DNA from: a bacterium
GTDB lineage: Bacteria > UBA8248
Direction of reading: 5' to 3'
NCBI GenBank assembly: GCA_965213685.1
Contig: CBDBZY010000043.1
Coordinates: 32,001 to 96,000, forward strand
DNA: 64,000 bases
Of the stretch, positions 55,793-64,000 are shown piece by piece. A model generated the notes under the pieces. The model saw only the letters and a program-made list of their open reading frames with translations, made no database searches and was not told where the DNA came from. Position 1 is the stretch's first letter. Every line of letters starts with the position of its first letter. Made by a program: the position numbers and the translations under genes.

Positions 55793-56398
55793 ATGGATTT
55801 TGAGGAGGTTCGCGCCGTGAACGCCCACTTTCAGCCTTTCTACCCCTATGTGGCGGAAGAGATTCGCGCCGAATACGGAACGGACGCAGGTCAAGTCCTG
55901 GAAATGGGGCCCTACGGCCCGGGCGTGGCGCTCGCCCTGGCCGCGCGTTGCCCGGAGATGCGCTTCGTGTGCGGGGCCGAGACGGCGATTTTGAACGATT
56001 ACCTGGCGGAGAGGATAGAGGCGGCCGGCATGTCCGCGCGCGTTCGCGTGCGGCCGCTGGACAAATACCGCCTGCCGTTTGACGCGGCCTCTTTCGACCT
56101 CGTCGTTTTTCGGGGCGGGCTTTTCTTCTGGGACGAACAGGAGCGGATCATCGCCGAGATGCGCCGCGTCCTGAAACCCGGCGGGCTGGGCGCCCACGGC
56201 GGCGGTTTCGGCGCGGGCGCGCCGGATGCGCTCATCGAATCGCTGCTGCCCGAGGCGCGCGACCTCAACAACCGATTGGGCAAAAGGCGCCTCTCCCGCG
56301 CCCAGGCGGAGCGGATCGTCCAGGACGCCGGCATCGCCGCCACCGCCCGCATCGCGACGAGGCACGGCCTGTGGATCTACTGGCGGGAGGGGGAATGA
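55793..56398 (+). CDS. Class I SAM-dependent methyltransferase
   Basis: VLEMGPYGPG motif I variant, LPF..ASFDLV, RVLKPGG. Confidence 0.8.
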   Translation: MDFEEVRAVNAHFQPFYPYVAEEIRAEYGTDAGQVLEMGPYGPGVALALAARCPEMRFVCGAETAILNDYLAERIEAAGMSARVRVRPLDKYRLPFDAASFDLVVFRGGLFFWDEQERIIAEMRRVLKPGGLGAHGGGFGAGAPDALIESLLPEARDLNNRLGKRRLSRAQAERIVQDAGIAATARIATRHGLWIYWREGE

Positions 56399-56464
56399 GA
56401 GGTGATTTCGCCCCGGGTGCGGCGCCTATCTCGCGTCGCTTGGACGCGCCTTTGCCGCTCGGGG

Positions 56465-57706
56465 CTATCTCCATCGTGCTCTCACATCGAATTCGATCAG
56501 TTCTTTCTTGGAGTTTCGTTTTCTAATCGGTACACACTCGATACCAGTAAATCCAAGTTGAGATAGCATTTCTGCGTACACTCGCTCGACAGGGACGAGA
56601 ATATTATAAAATGTTGAATTTCCAACAATATAATGAAGCCTTGCCCCATTGCTAAGCGTACCAGTTAGAGATTGAAAGTGTTTCCACATATCGTCGAAGT
56701 ATTTCAAAACATAGATTGCTAATATTGGTCCATTCTTGTTTCTATCCTCTCCGATTTGAGCCACTGCATTTTGCAAAAGTTTGGACTGAAAACTGTCTGC
56801 AGAAACTGACCATTCATTTAGTCTACTGGTAGCGATGCCCCAAGTTCCCCCGATTGCTTCCCAATCCATTTCTCCCGCGTCGCGACCGTTCGACAAGTAC
56901 TGAAGCCAATACATGTATGGACGGAGTTCGCGGATGTAAGACATTCTGTTCGCATACGGTGGAGAGGTAACAACACAATCAACCAAGCCGGTGTCTTTTT
57001 TCGACAGCTGGCGTGAGTCGGCTAGAACGACTTTTGTTTCACCGGTCGGGTTCTGCTCGGCTCCGTCAAGAACGAAGTTTAAGTTTCTAAGGAATAGGTC
57101 GTGCGGGTCAGCATCAAAGTTCAAAGCCGCTTGAGAATTTGATTTGAACGACATAGACTGGTGATTGAAAGCAGCATTGGATAGATTGATTAACGTCCGA
57201 CAGAACGCAACCGAAAGCAAGGAGTGATGTTTAGTTCCTTTGGGAAATCTGGTATCGATAGCTCCTTTCAAAGCGCAAAGAAAGTCAAGCACAGCAGGAT
57301 GCCACCATCGTCCGATGTTGTGCATACGCGGAATTAGGGCTTTTGGCATTCTTTCGTAATAAGCATCATCCGACACCGCATGGCTAGCCTTCTTCAGATC
57401 AGCAATCAACTGTTGAGAGTAAAAATCGGTCTTGACGCGGCTGAACCAAACTAAAAAAGGATTGATCTCCATCGTTACGGCGGTTTGGCCGTGGTAAGCC
57501 GCACAAAGAGCGGTTGTTCCAGTCCCACAGAAAGGATCAAAAACATTGAGTCTGGAGACGTCGTTATAGCCAGCCAGAATCTCGCTCACAACCTTGAGTG
57601 AGTACGCAGGAGTCAAACGAAGCCAGCCGTAGCGTCCGAATTTGGTGTTATGTTTTTGCGTGTAGTCCGCTCTTTGGGTCAGTGAGCGGCGCAACGTCTT
57701 AGTCAT
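56465..57706 (-). CDS. Amino-DNA methyltransferase, probably N4-cytosine (alpha-type motif order)
   Basis: FDPFCGTGTT (motif I) N-terminal to TSPPY (motif IV); low GC. Confidence 0.85.
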   Translation of the reverse strand: MTKTLRRSLTQRADYTQKHNTKFGRYGWLRLTPAYSLKVVSEILAGYNDVSRLNVFDPFCGTGTTALCAAYHGQTAVTMEINPFLVWFSRVKTDFYSQQLIADLKKASHAVSDDAYYERMPKALIPRMHNIGRWWHPAVLDFLCALKGAIDTRFPKGTKHHSLLSVAFCRTLINLSNAAFNHQSMSFKSNSQAALNFDADPHDLFLRNLNFVLDGAEQNPTGETKVVLADSRQLSKKDTGLVDCVVTSPPYANRMSYIRELRPYMYWLQYLSNGRDAGEMDWEAIGGTWGIATSRLNEWSVSADSFQSKLLQNAVAQIGEDRNKNGPILAIYVLKYFDDMWKHFQSLTGTLSNGARLHYIVGNSTFYNILVPVERVYAEMLSQLGFTGIECVPIRKRNSKKELIEFDVRARWR

Positions 57707-58581
57707 TACGACGGCTCCAACAACTTTTCGAGTATGGTGCTCACTTCGTTCTTCAAGGTCTCTTGATTTCGATTTAAGAAACCCGCCAAGTCGTATCCGA
57801 TCACCTCCTTTAGAAAGTCATAGGTCGATAGCAGCGGATCGGATATGCCAATCACACCAGTTAGTATAGACCACTTCTGTGCTCTGTATCGTAGGAGAAT
57901 GTCTGAGTCGATCTGCGTCGAAAGTATTACTGCACAGGGTAAATAGGCCTTGGTGTAAGCTGTCGCAGCATTAGCGATATCGGCATTCTGCCGCTTAGAG
58001 TCTTTGCTCTTATAGCCTTGGCGTACCTCGAAAACGGTACCCTTTAAGGTTGAGAACACATCAGGATCGACATGGACGAGGTTTGCCGAGTCTTTCATCC
58101 ATTTATGAAAACGGTCGCGAGCGGACGCATCTTTGATTTTGTCTAATTGCACCCTCCCGTCGAGGTGCAATCTTCTGCTCCTGCCGCCCGCTACAGGTAC
58201 TTGGTATGACCACTTAGCGTCTTCCGCAGAAAGACCAAGACAATCCTGTAAGATAGTACGGAACAATTTCTCGCAACCAATCCCGATCTGCCTGTAAACG
58301 CTTGTCATGCCACCGGCTACTTTGTGAGCAGCATACATCCGCGGATTGTCAAGGCCAAACCAGCTATAAAACGAATCGTTTCGATAAATATCTTGAAATT
58401 CGCCCAATGACAAGCCACCTCTTTTATTCCCCCGTCCGAATTTGGGCTTGTATTCAGCTGATACCCGAATGGGTTCGAGTACAATCTGTAAGTATCTTTC
58501 TTCATCATCGGGCAAAGTTGGCCCCCTATCAATGTGTTCCAGTCCACGGAGTCGATAAATGGAGCGGGAACTCGAACTCAC
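57706..58581 (-). CDS. Putative type II restriction endonuclease (PD-(D/E)xK-like)
   Basis: Coupled to the MTase gene (TAATG overlap); G..CE...LDG...FEVRQGYKS pattern; low GC; start uncertain. Confidence 0.7.
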   Translation of the reverse strand: MSSSSRSIYRLRGLEHIDRGPTLPDDEERYLQIVLEPIRVSAEYKPKFGRGNKRGGLSLGEFQDIYRNDSFYSWFGLDNPRMYAAHKVAGGMTSVYRQIGIGCEKLFRTILQDCLGLSAEDAKWSYQVPVAGGRSRRLHLDGRVQLDKIKDASARDRFHKWMKDSANLVHVDPDVFSTLKGTVFEVRQGYKSKDSKRQNADIANAATAYTKAYLPCAVILSTQIDSDILLRYRAQKWSILTGVIGISDPLLSTYDFLKEVIGYDLAGFLNRNQETLKNEVSTILEKLLEPS

Positions 58582-58743
58582 GTTGTTTTTATTAGAGAAC
58601 GGCAGCGAACCGCAAACCCGGGGGGCTATACGGACAAAGGTTGTCCTCTTCGTTGACCACTTCCGCGTTGGGGTCTCACAGGCAGAGCGTCCCGAGGAGC
58701 GGTTTCCTGAGGCGCAGAATCCCGCCGCCGCCCGCCCCTCGTT

Positions 58744-59316
58744 TTATTCCCCGTCCCGGAGGAGGCTCGTTTTGGTGAAGATCGCGTCGAGTGCGAAGCC
58801 GCGCGCCGCGAGGTTCTCGCGTCCGCCCTCCTCGCGGTCCACGAGGCAGACGACGCGGGCGACTTCCAGCCCCGCTTGCCGGGCCGCGTCAATCGCCGTG
58901 CAGCTCGAGGAGGCGGTGGTCACCACGTCCTCGATGATGGCGACTTTCATTCCGCACCGCAGGTTTCCCGCGCCCTCGATGCGGTTTTGCATCCCGTGGC
59001 CCTTCTCTGCCTTTCGGACGATGAAGGCGGGAATGTCGAGGCCGGCGAGGGCCGCCGTCATCGAGACGGCGGTCACCATCGGGTCCGCACCCAGGGTGGG
59101 GCCGCCCACAGCCTCGACCCCGCTCTCCCGGATGCGCCCGAGGATCACCCGCCCCACCAGCCTCGCACCCTCGCCGTGCAGGGTGACCTGGCGGCAGTCC
59201 ACGTAAAAATCGCTCTCCTGGCCCGAGGCGAGCGTCACCTTTTTCTTCTCGTACGCTTTTTCGAGCAACAGCCGGCGCAGGGCTTCGACGTCCGCTTCAT
59301 CTTGGTTTCGGGTCAT
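58744..59316 (-). CDS. pyrE: Orotate phosphoribosyltransferase
   Basis: TLASGQESDFYVDCR, VGGPTLGADP, VRK..KGHG, IIEDVVTT, VDREEG. Confidence 0.93.
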   Translation of the reverse strand: MTRNQDEADVEALRRLLLEKAYEKKKVTLASGQESDFYVDCRQVTLHGEGARLVGRVILGRIRESGVEAVGGPTLGADPMVTAVSMTAALAGLDIPAFIVRKAEKGHGMQNRIEGAGNLRCGMKVAIIEDVVTTASSSCTAIDAARQAGLEVARVVCLVDREEGGRENLAARGFALDAIFTKTSLLRDGE

Positions 59317-59616
59317 GGCACGGCCTTCGGGTGCGGGGGAGTCCGCCCGGGGGTCGCGCGCGCTCCCCTGGATGTGCCGACAGACGAGGAGCGCCGCCTC
59401 CTCGAAGGCCCCGGGCACCATGACGTGCACCGCGCCCAGGTGGGTTTGGCTGAAGCCATAGACGGCGCCCGCCGAATCGTAGCTCAGATGCGCCGGTATC
59501 CGCTCGGCCTCCAGCCTGCTCTTCAGGATGAGGGCTTCCATCTGCCCGCCCACCGTGGCGATCCGCCGCAGATCGGCCGGCCCCCGCACGCCCCCGGGCG
59601 AACTATCGCTCCACAA
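59317..59616 (-). CDS. DUF2007-like small protein (in frame with pyrE as assembled)
   Basis: EALILKSRLEAERIPA...G.V.VMVP pattern. Confidence 0.6.
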
Positions 59617-59786
59617 ATCTCCGCTCCTTCGGCAGGTTCGTCGCGTGCCGCGTGGATAGAACCGCCGCCCATGTTCGGGGAAATCCGGCGCCGGCGCAAG
59701 CAGGAGGCCATCCGCTCGCCCCGGTTGGTCTCCCGCGCCGTGGAGTGGTAGTTTGGGAGGGGAGCGAAGGGGAGGAGGAGAGGGGG

Positions 59787-60623
59787 TTGCGGCGGCGTCT
59801 GTTCTTCATGCTGGCGGCATCGTTCGGTGCGCTCATCCATCTGTGGGGCGAGGTTGCCGCCGCGCCCGCCCGCGAGGGGATTCCGCCGTCCCGCGCGCTC
59901 CGATCGGCGCGCCCCGCCGCTTCCGCCCCCTTTATCGTGGTGCTCGACCCGGGACACGGGGGCCGGGATTCGGGCAGCCGCGGCGCCCTGCTCGCCGAGA
60001 AGGATTTCACCCTGCGCGCGAGCCGGATGCTGGCGGCGCTCCTGTCGAGACGGCCCGAGGTGAAGGTGATCCTGACGCGGGAGACTGACGCGCAGATGAC
60101 CGCCGTGCAGCGCGCCGCCGTGGCGAACTATCACGGCGCCTCCCTGTTCCTCTCCCTCCATGCGGACGCCTCCTGGCGGCCCGGGGCGCGGGGGGCGGTC
60201 ATCCTGGTGGCGGCGCCCCGCCGCCCGCCTCGGGTGGAGGGGGAAGCGCCGGAGGCCGTCGCGCTCCGCTGGCAGCGCAGCCAGAACGTGCATCTGGCCT
60301 CGAACCGCCGCTTCGCCCTGGGGCTGCAAAGGCGCTTCGCCGCCATCCGTCCCCGGGAGAAGCCCCCCGTCCGCATTCTGGCCGTGCGGGATCTGGAGGG
60401 TGCGCGAATGCCCGCGGCGTATGTGAGCCTGGGCGTCATCAGCACGCCGGAGGATGAGGCGAGGCTCCGCGAGATGAAAGAGGAGGACGCCTACCTCGTC
60501 GGCGTCGCCCGGGAGATACTGCGGTTCGCCAATCTCCCCGAGGAGTTGCCGGCCGCGGCCCCCGCCGCATCGGAGGCCGCACCGGACGCGGAGAATCGCG
60601 AAGCCGCCGGCGAGGGAGGCTAG
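59787..60623 (+). CDS. N-acetylmuramoyl-L-alanine amidase (Amidase_3), catalytic Glu substituted
   Basis: VVLDPGHGG, EK, LTRE, FLSLHAD; TTG start gives MRRRLFF (Tat-like signal). Confidence 0.82.
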   Translation: MRRRLFFMLAASFGALIHLWGEVAAAPAREGIPPSRALRSARPAASAPFIVVLDPGHGGRDSGSRGALLAEKDFTLRASRMLAALLSRRPEVKVILTRETDAQMTAVQRAAVANYHGASLFLSLHADASWRPGARGAVILVAAPRRPPRVEGEAPEAVALRWQRSQNVHLASNRRFALGLQRRFAAIRPREKPPVRILAVRDLEGARMPAAYVSLGVISTPEDEARLREMKEEDAYLVGVAREILRFANLPEELPAAAPAASEAAPDAENREAAGEGG

Positions 60624-60629
60624 CGTGCT

Positions 60630-61301
60630 GTGAAGAGGGTGCTGGCCGCCGTCTTTCTCGTCCTGGCGAGCGCGGGCGTCGTCTGGATGTTTCAGGACGA
60701 CATTTTGGACCGAATGGGCGAGGGCCGCCGCGCCGCGTCCGTCCCCGCGCAGGGAGACCCCGCGATTGCGTCCACCGTGCGGAAGACCCTCTATTTCGCC
60801 AGCGCGGAGGAGGATTTGCTGGCGCCATACCCCGTGGAGGTGGAGGTCGGCGCGGATGACGTGGAAACCCTCCGCAACCTGCTGAAGGCGCTTCTGGCGG
60901 GACCCCGAGAGGAGGGTTACGCGCCGATTCTGCCGAAGGGCGCCACTCTGCGCGCGGCGTTTCCGGGACCCGGGGGAATCGCCTACGTCGATTTCGACAA
61001 GACCTTTCGGGACGCGCACCCCGGTGGTGCATGGGCGGAGTTGATGACCGCCTACGGCGTCGCCAGCGCCGTCATCCTGAATTTTCCGGACCTCTTTGAT
61101 CGCGTCGTGCTGCTCATAGAGGGCCAGGAGGCGCAGACCGTCGCAGGCTCCCTCGCCATCGCGGGACCGTTGCGCCTGCGGGAGGAATTGTTGACGGCGA
61201 AACAGGCCCCCCGCACCGGGGGCGGCCCGCCTGAGACCGCAGGGGCTGCGGGCGGCGGGACTGCGGGCGCTCCCGCCGGCGTGCCGAGGGATGCTCCCTA
61301 G
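60630..61301 (+). CDS. GerMN domain protein
   Basis: N-terminal TM, LYFA, LLAGP, AYVDF, V.LLIEG...T.AG. Confidence 0.82.
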   Translation: MKRVLAAVFLVLASAGVVWMFQDDILDRMGEGRRAASVPAQGDPAIASTVRKTLYFASAEEDLLAPYPVEVEVGADDVETLRNLLKALLAGPREEGYAPILPKGATLRAAFPGPGGIAYVDFDKTFRDAHPGGAWAELMTAYGVASAVILNFPDLFDRVVLLIEGQEAQTVAGSLAIAGPLRLREELLTAKQAPRTGGGPPETAGAAGGGTAGAPAGVPRDAP

Positions 61302-62677
61302 CCGGCGGCGCAGGCCTCGCGTATCGCCTCATCCAGGATGCGCACCATGCGGACGATCTCCTCGTCGGTCACGCAGTAGGGAGGCATGAGGACGACCACG
61401 TCGCCCAGGGGCCGGATGGCGAGGCCGCGCCTTCTCGCCGCGAGGATCACCCTCCGCCCCATGCGCTTCGCAGGCGGATAGGGCTCTTTCCGCTCCTTGT
61501 CCTTGACGAGCTCCACGCCCGCCATCCAGCCCAGGCCGCGGACGTCGCCCACGTGGGGCGCGCTCCTCAGCTTCTCCAGTGCGCGCCACAGATGCGCAAT
61601 CCGGGGGCCGTTGCGCTCGATGGTGTTTTCTTTCTCGAAAATCTCCAGGTTGGCCAGCGCGGCGGCGCAGCCCAGGGGGTTTCCCGTATAGGAGTGGCCG
61701 TGAAAGAAGGTGCGGCCCGCCTCGGGCGGGCCGCGGAAGGCGTCGAAAATCTCCTCGGTGGCCAGCGTCGCCGCCAGCGGCAGATAGCCGCCCGTGATCC
61801 CCTTGGCGAGGCATAGAATGTCCGGCGCCACGCCCGCGTGCTCGCAGGCGAACATCGGGCCCGTGCGCCCGAACCCCGTGGCGACCTCGTCGGCTATCAG
61901 GAGCACGTCGTTTTCCCGGCAGGCGCGCCGCACTTTCTGGAGAAAGCCGGGCGGCTGGACGATCATGCCCGCCGCCCCCTGCACCATCGGCTCCATCACC
62001 ACGGCGGCCAGATGCCGCGCATGCTCCTGGATGTAGCGCGTTATCTCCTCGCCCGAGCACACCGGACAGGGCGGACGCTCCGCCCCCCTCGGGCACCAGA
62101 AGCAATAGGGCGTCTCCGCCCGGAGGGTCTGGAAGAGCAGCGGCCCGAAGATGCCGTGGAACAGCTCCATGCCGCCGAGGGAGACCGCACCGACCGTGTC
62201 GCCGTGATAGGCGAGGCCCAGGGCGAGGAAGCGCTCTTTCCCGGGCCGGGGGTTCTCCCGCTGCCTCTGGTATTGAAAGGCCATCTTGAGGGCGATTTCC
62301 ACCGCCGCGGCACCTGAGTCCGAATAGAAGACGCGGGTCAGTCCCGCCGGCGCGATTTCGGCGAGCTTTCGCGCGAGCTCGATGGCCGCCGGGTTCGCCA
62401 TGCCCAGCTGGGTGGTATGCGCGATCCGCCCGAGCTGCGCGCGCACCGCCCGGTCGATCTCCTCTTTTCGGTGCCCGTGGACGTTCACCCACAGGGAGGA
62501 GACGCCGTCGAGATAGCGGTTGCCCTGCGTGTCGATGAGGTATGCGCCCTCGCCGCGCTCGATCACGAGCGGGGGGTCTTCGCTCTCCCATTCGTCCATG
62601 GGCGTGAAGGGGTGCCAGAGGTGCTTCCTGTCCGCGGCCGCCAGGCGGCGGAGGCGTTCGGCCGCGTCCGCCCTCAT
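61298..62677 (-). CDS. bioA: Adenosylmethionine-8-amino-7-oxononanoate transaminase
   Basis: LWHPFT, YLDGVSSLWVNVHGH, SDSG..AVEIALK, DEVATGFGRTG, LAKGITGGYLPL, FFHGHSYTGN. Confidence 0.93.
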   Translation of the reverse strand: MRADAAERLRRLAAADRKHLWHPFTPMDEWESEDPPLVIERGEGAYLIDTQGNRYLDGVSSLWVNVHGHRKEEIDRAVRAQLGRIAHTTQLGMANPAAIELARKLAEIAPAGLTRVFYSDSGAAAVEIALKMAFQYQRQRENPRPGKERFLALGLAYHGDTVGAVSLGGMELFHGIFGPLLFQTLRAETPYCFWCPRGAERPPCPVCSGEEITRYIQEHARHLAAVVMEPMVQGAAGMIVQPPGFLQKVRRACRENDVLLIADEVATGFGRTGPMFACEHAGVAPDILCLAKGITGGYLPLAATLATEEIFDAFRGPPEAGRTFFHGHSYTGNPLGCAAALANLEIFEKENTIERNGPRIAHLWRALEKLRSAPHVGDVRGLGWMAGVELVKDKERKEPYPPAKRMGRRVILAARRRGLAIRPLGDVVVLMPPYCVTDEEIVRMVRILDEAIREACAAG

Positions 62678-63453
62678 GCGGGGCGTTCGGCCAGGATGAC
62701 GGCCTCCTGCTCGTCGAAGACGTATGCGCCGTCCTCCTCGCGGGGGTTGAGCCAGTATGCGATCGCGGGCGAGGCGGTTTCCAGATATTTCCGGAGCGCC
62801 GCCCTGTCCCCGTCCGTGAGGTGGGGGCGGTTCACCCACTCGGAGAGCACCATCATCTTTCTCAGGGTCTCCGAGTAGAGGACGCGAAAGCCGGCCGCCT
62901 CCAGCATCTCCACTAGGCCGGGCAGGCTGTCGCAGCGGTTGTGACTCGGGTCGCGCCGGCGCTCGAAATCGTTGTAGCTCGCCTGCTCCGCGGGTTCTTC
63001 GGGCGCGATGTTGTCGATGTAGATCAGCCTCCCCCCCGGCTTCAGCACCCGGAACATCTCGCGGATGGCCGCCTGGACGTCGGGAAAGTGGTGCGGCGCG
63101 ATGCGCACCGAGACGGAGTCGAGCGCCTCCCCCCGGACGCTGAGGTGCTCGGCGTCGGTTCGGAGAAACGACACGTTCGGGACGTTTCTCTCCGCGCCAA
63201 GCCTGCGCGCGGAGTCGAGCATCCCGGCGGTCAGGTCGCTCGCGATGACGTGGCGGCACCTGTCCGCCATCCGGTAGGCCGTGTGGCCGGCGCCCGTGGC
63301 GACGTCCAGATGCAGGCCGCCATCGGGGTTCAGCACCTCGGCCGCGCGCGCGAGGGAGCTGCTGCGCGCATGGGGCGCGCTGGTGACGTAGTAGTCGGAA
63401 TCCTGGTTGTATATTCTTTGTACGGCGTCTCGCTGCTCCCTAGACGTGTCCAT
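62674..63453 (-). CDS. Class I SAM-dependent methyltransferase (YcgJ/YafE-like)
   Basis: YVTS..HA, LDVATGAGHT, RIAPHHF, RVLKPGG, RDPSH. Confidence 0.85.
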   Translation of the reverse strand: MDTSREQRDAVQRIYNQDSDYYVTSAPHARSSSLARAAEVLNPDGGLHLDVATGAGHTAYRMADRCRHVIASDLTAGMLDSARRLGAERNVPNVSFLRTDAEHLSVRGEALDSVSVRIAPHHFPDVQAAIREMFRVLKPGGRLIYIDNIAPEEPAEQASYNDFERRRDPSHNRCDSLPGLVEMLEAAGFRVLYSETLRKMMVLSEWVNRPHLTDGDRAALRKYLETASPAIAYWLNPREEDGAYVFDEQEAVILAERPA

Positions 63454-63517
63454 GCGCCTCCTCGTCGGGAATGGGAAAACCGGTTTGCGGGGAGGAGTAT
63501 TTCCCGAAACCCGGGCT

Positions 63518-64000
63518 TCAGGCAAGCGGCGGGAGCGTTCTCAAAATTGCGCGGGCGGGCGCGCCGTCGCGTCCCGGGAGAAGGGCGGGCAGGGCGATGA
63601 GTTCGTAGTCGCCCTCGGGAACGTCCTGGAGGTTCAGCCCTTCGAGCAGGGTGACGCCTGCGGGCATCAGCAGCATGTGAACGGGCACGCCGGTGTCCGG
63701 CGCGTCCACGGAGAGATAGTCCACGCCCAGGAGCGTCATGCCGCACTCGAGCAACAGCCGGGCGGCGTCCGGCGTCATGGAGCAAAAATTCGGATCGTAC
63801 GGCTTTTCCCACCACCTGTTCTGGGAGTTGCGCGTCTTGATGAGGAAGCGCGAGGCGCCCTGGAGGTTTTTCGTTTCGAGCTCCTCGGAGCGCACGCATT
63901 CGGGGTTCTCTATCTCCAGAACCCGGGCGGGGCCCACCAGGGTTTCGAGGCGGAGCGTCTCGATTCCGCCCCCGTCCCGCAGGTAGTGCATGGGGGCGTC
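63518..64000 (-). CDS. Cyclase/kynurenine formamidase family protein (5' end outside the window)
   Basis: DAPMH, GVDYLSVD, H..L, LLEGL.L, DGAPARA. Confidence 0.85.
   Translation of the reverse strand, partial: DAPMHYLRDGGGIETLRLETLVGPARVLEIENPECVRSEELETKNLQGASRFLIKTRNSQNRWWEKPYDPNFCSMTPDAARLLLECGMTLLGVDYLSVDAPDTGVPVHMLLMPAGVTLLEGLNLQDVPEGDYELIALPALLPGRDGAPARAILRTLPPLA

Noticed and set aside
56461-58630. GGGGCTAT direct repeat at both edges of the R-M islet as a target-site duplication
   Set aside because: It is only 8 bp, overlaps the MTase stop codon, and no transposase or terminal inverted repeats are present.
58744-59616. Apparent DUF2007-PyrE fusion protein
   Set aside because: Deleting one base in the C-run-rich linker gives the upstream gene a TGA overlapping the pyrE ATG (ATGA). 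This matches the +1 insertion error pattern in this window, so the fusion is probably an artefact.

Overview
High-GC bacterial chromosome segment. The gene order (tRNA-Leu-tig-clpP-clpX-tRNA-Val-thrS-infC-rpmI-rplT-pheST-zapBA-6S-ygfA-rny-ymdB) and the many LLM/amidohydrolase/UGSC-type genes suggest a Nitrospinota/Tectomicrobia/deltaproteobacteria-like lineage; this taxonomy is inference only. Most of the window is housekeeping (metH, folE2, alaS, split methylmalonyl-CoA mutase, mlaEDC, EF-G paralog, pyrE, bioA). The ORF track misses several things. (1) Two selenoprotein genes are split at in-frame UGA codons, each followed by a SECIS-like hairpin: an iodothyronine-deiodinase-like protein (FGAIT-U-PPY) upstream of LLM monooxygenase, flavin reductase and pdxH genes, and a UGSC-motif protein with its large partner gene. 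(2) There are three integrase-free, lower-GC defence-like islets: a probably leaderless small gene plus a 791-aa MORC-like GHKL ATPase with no recognisable effector, inserted between tRNA-Leu and tig; a chimeric dndC 5' fragment - DUF262/DUF1524 (GmrSD/SspE-like) gene - hsdS stub; and a type II R-M pair. (3) Eleven insertion-type frameshifts in conserved genes look like assembly errors rather than pseudogenisation. No CRISPR array, rRNA, transposase or integrase was seen.
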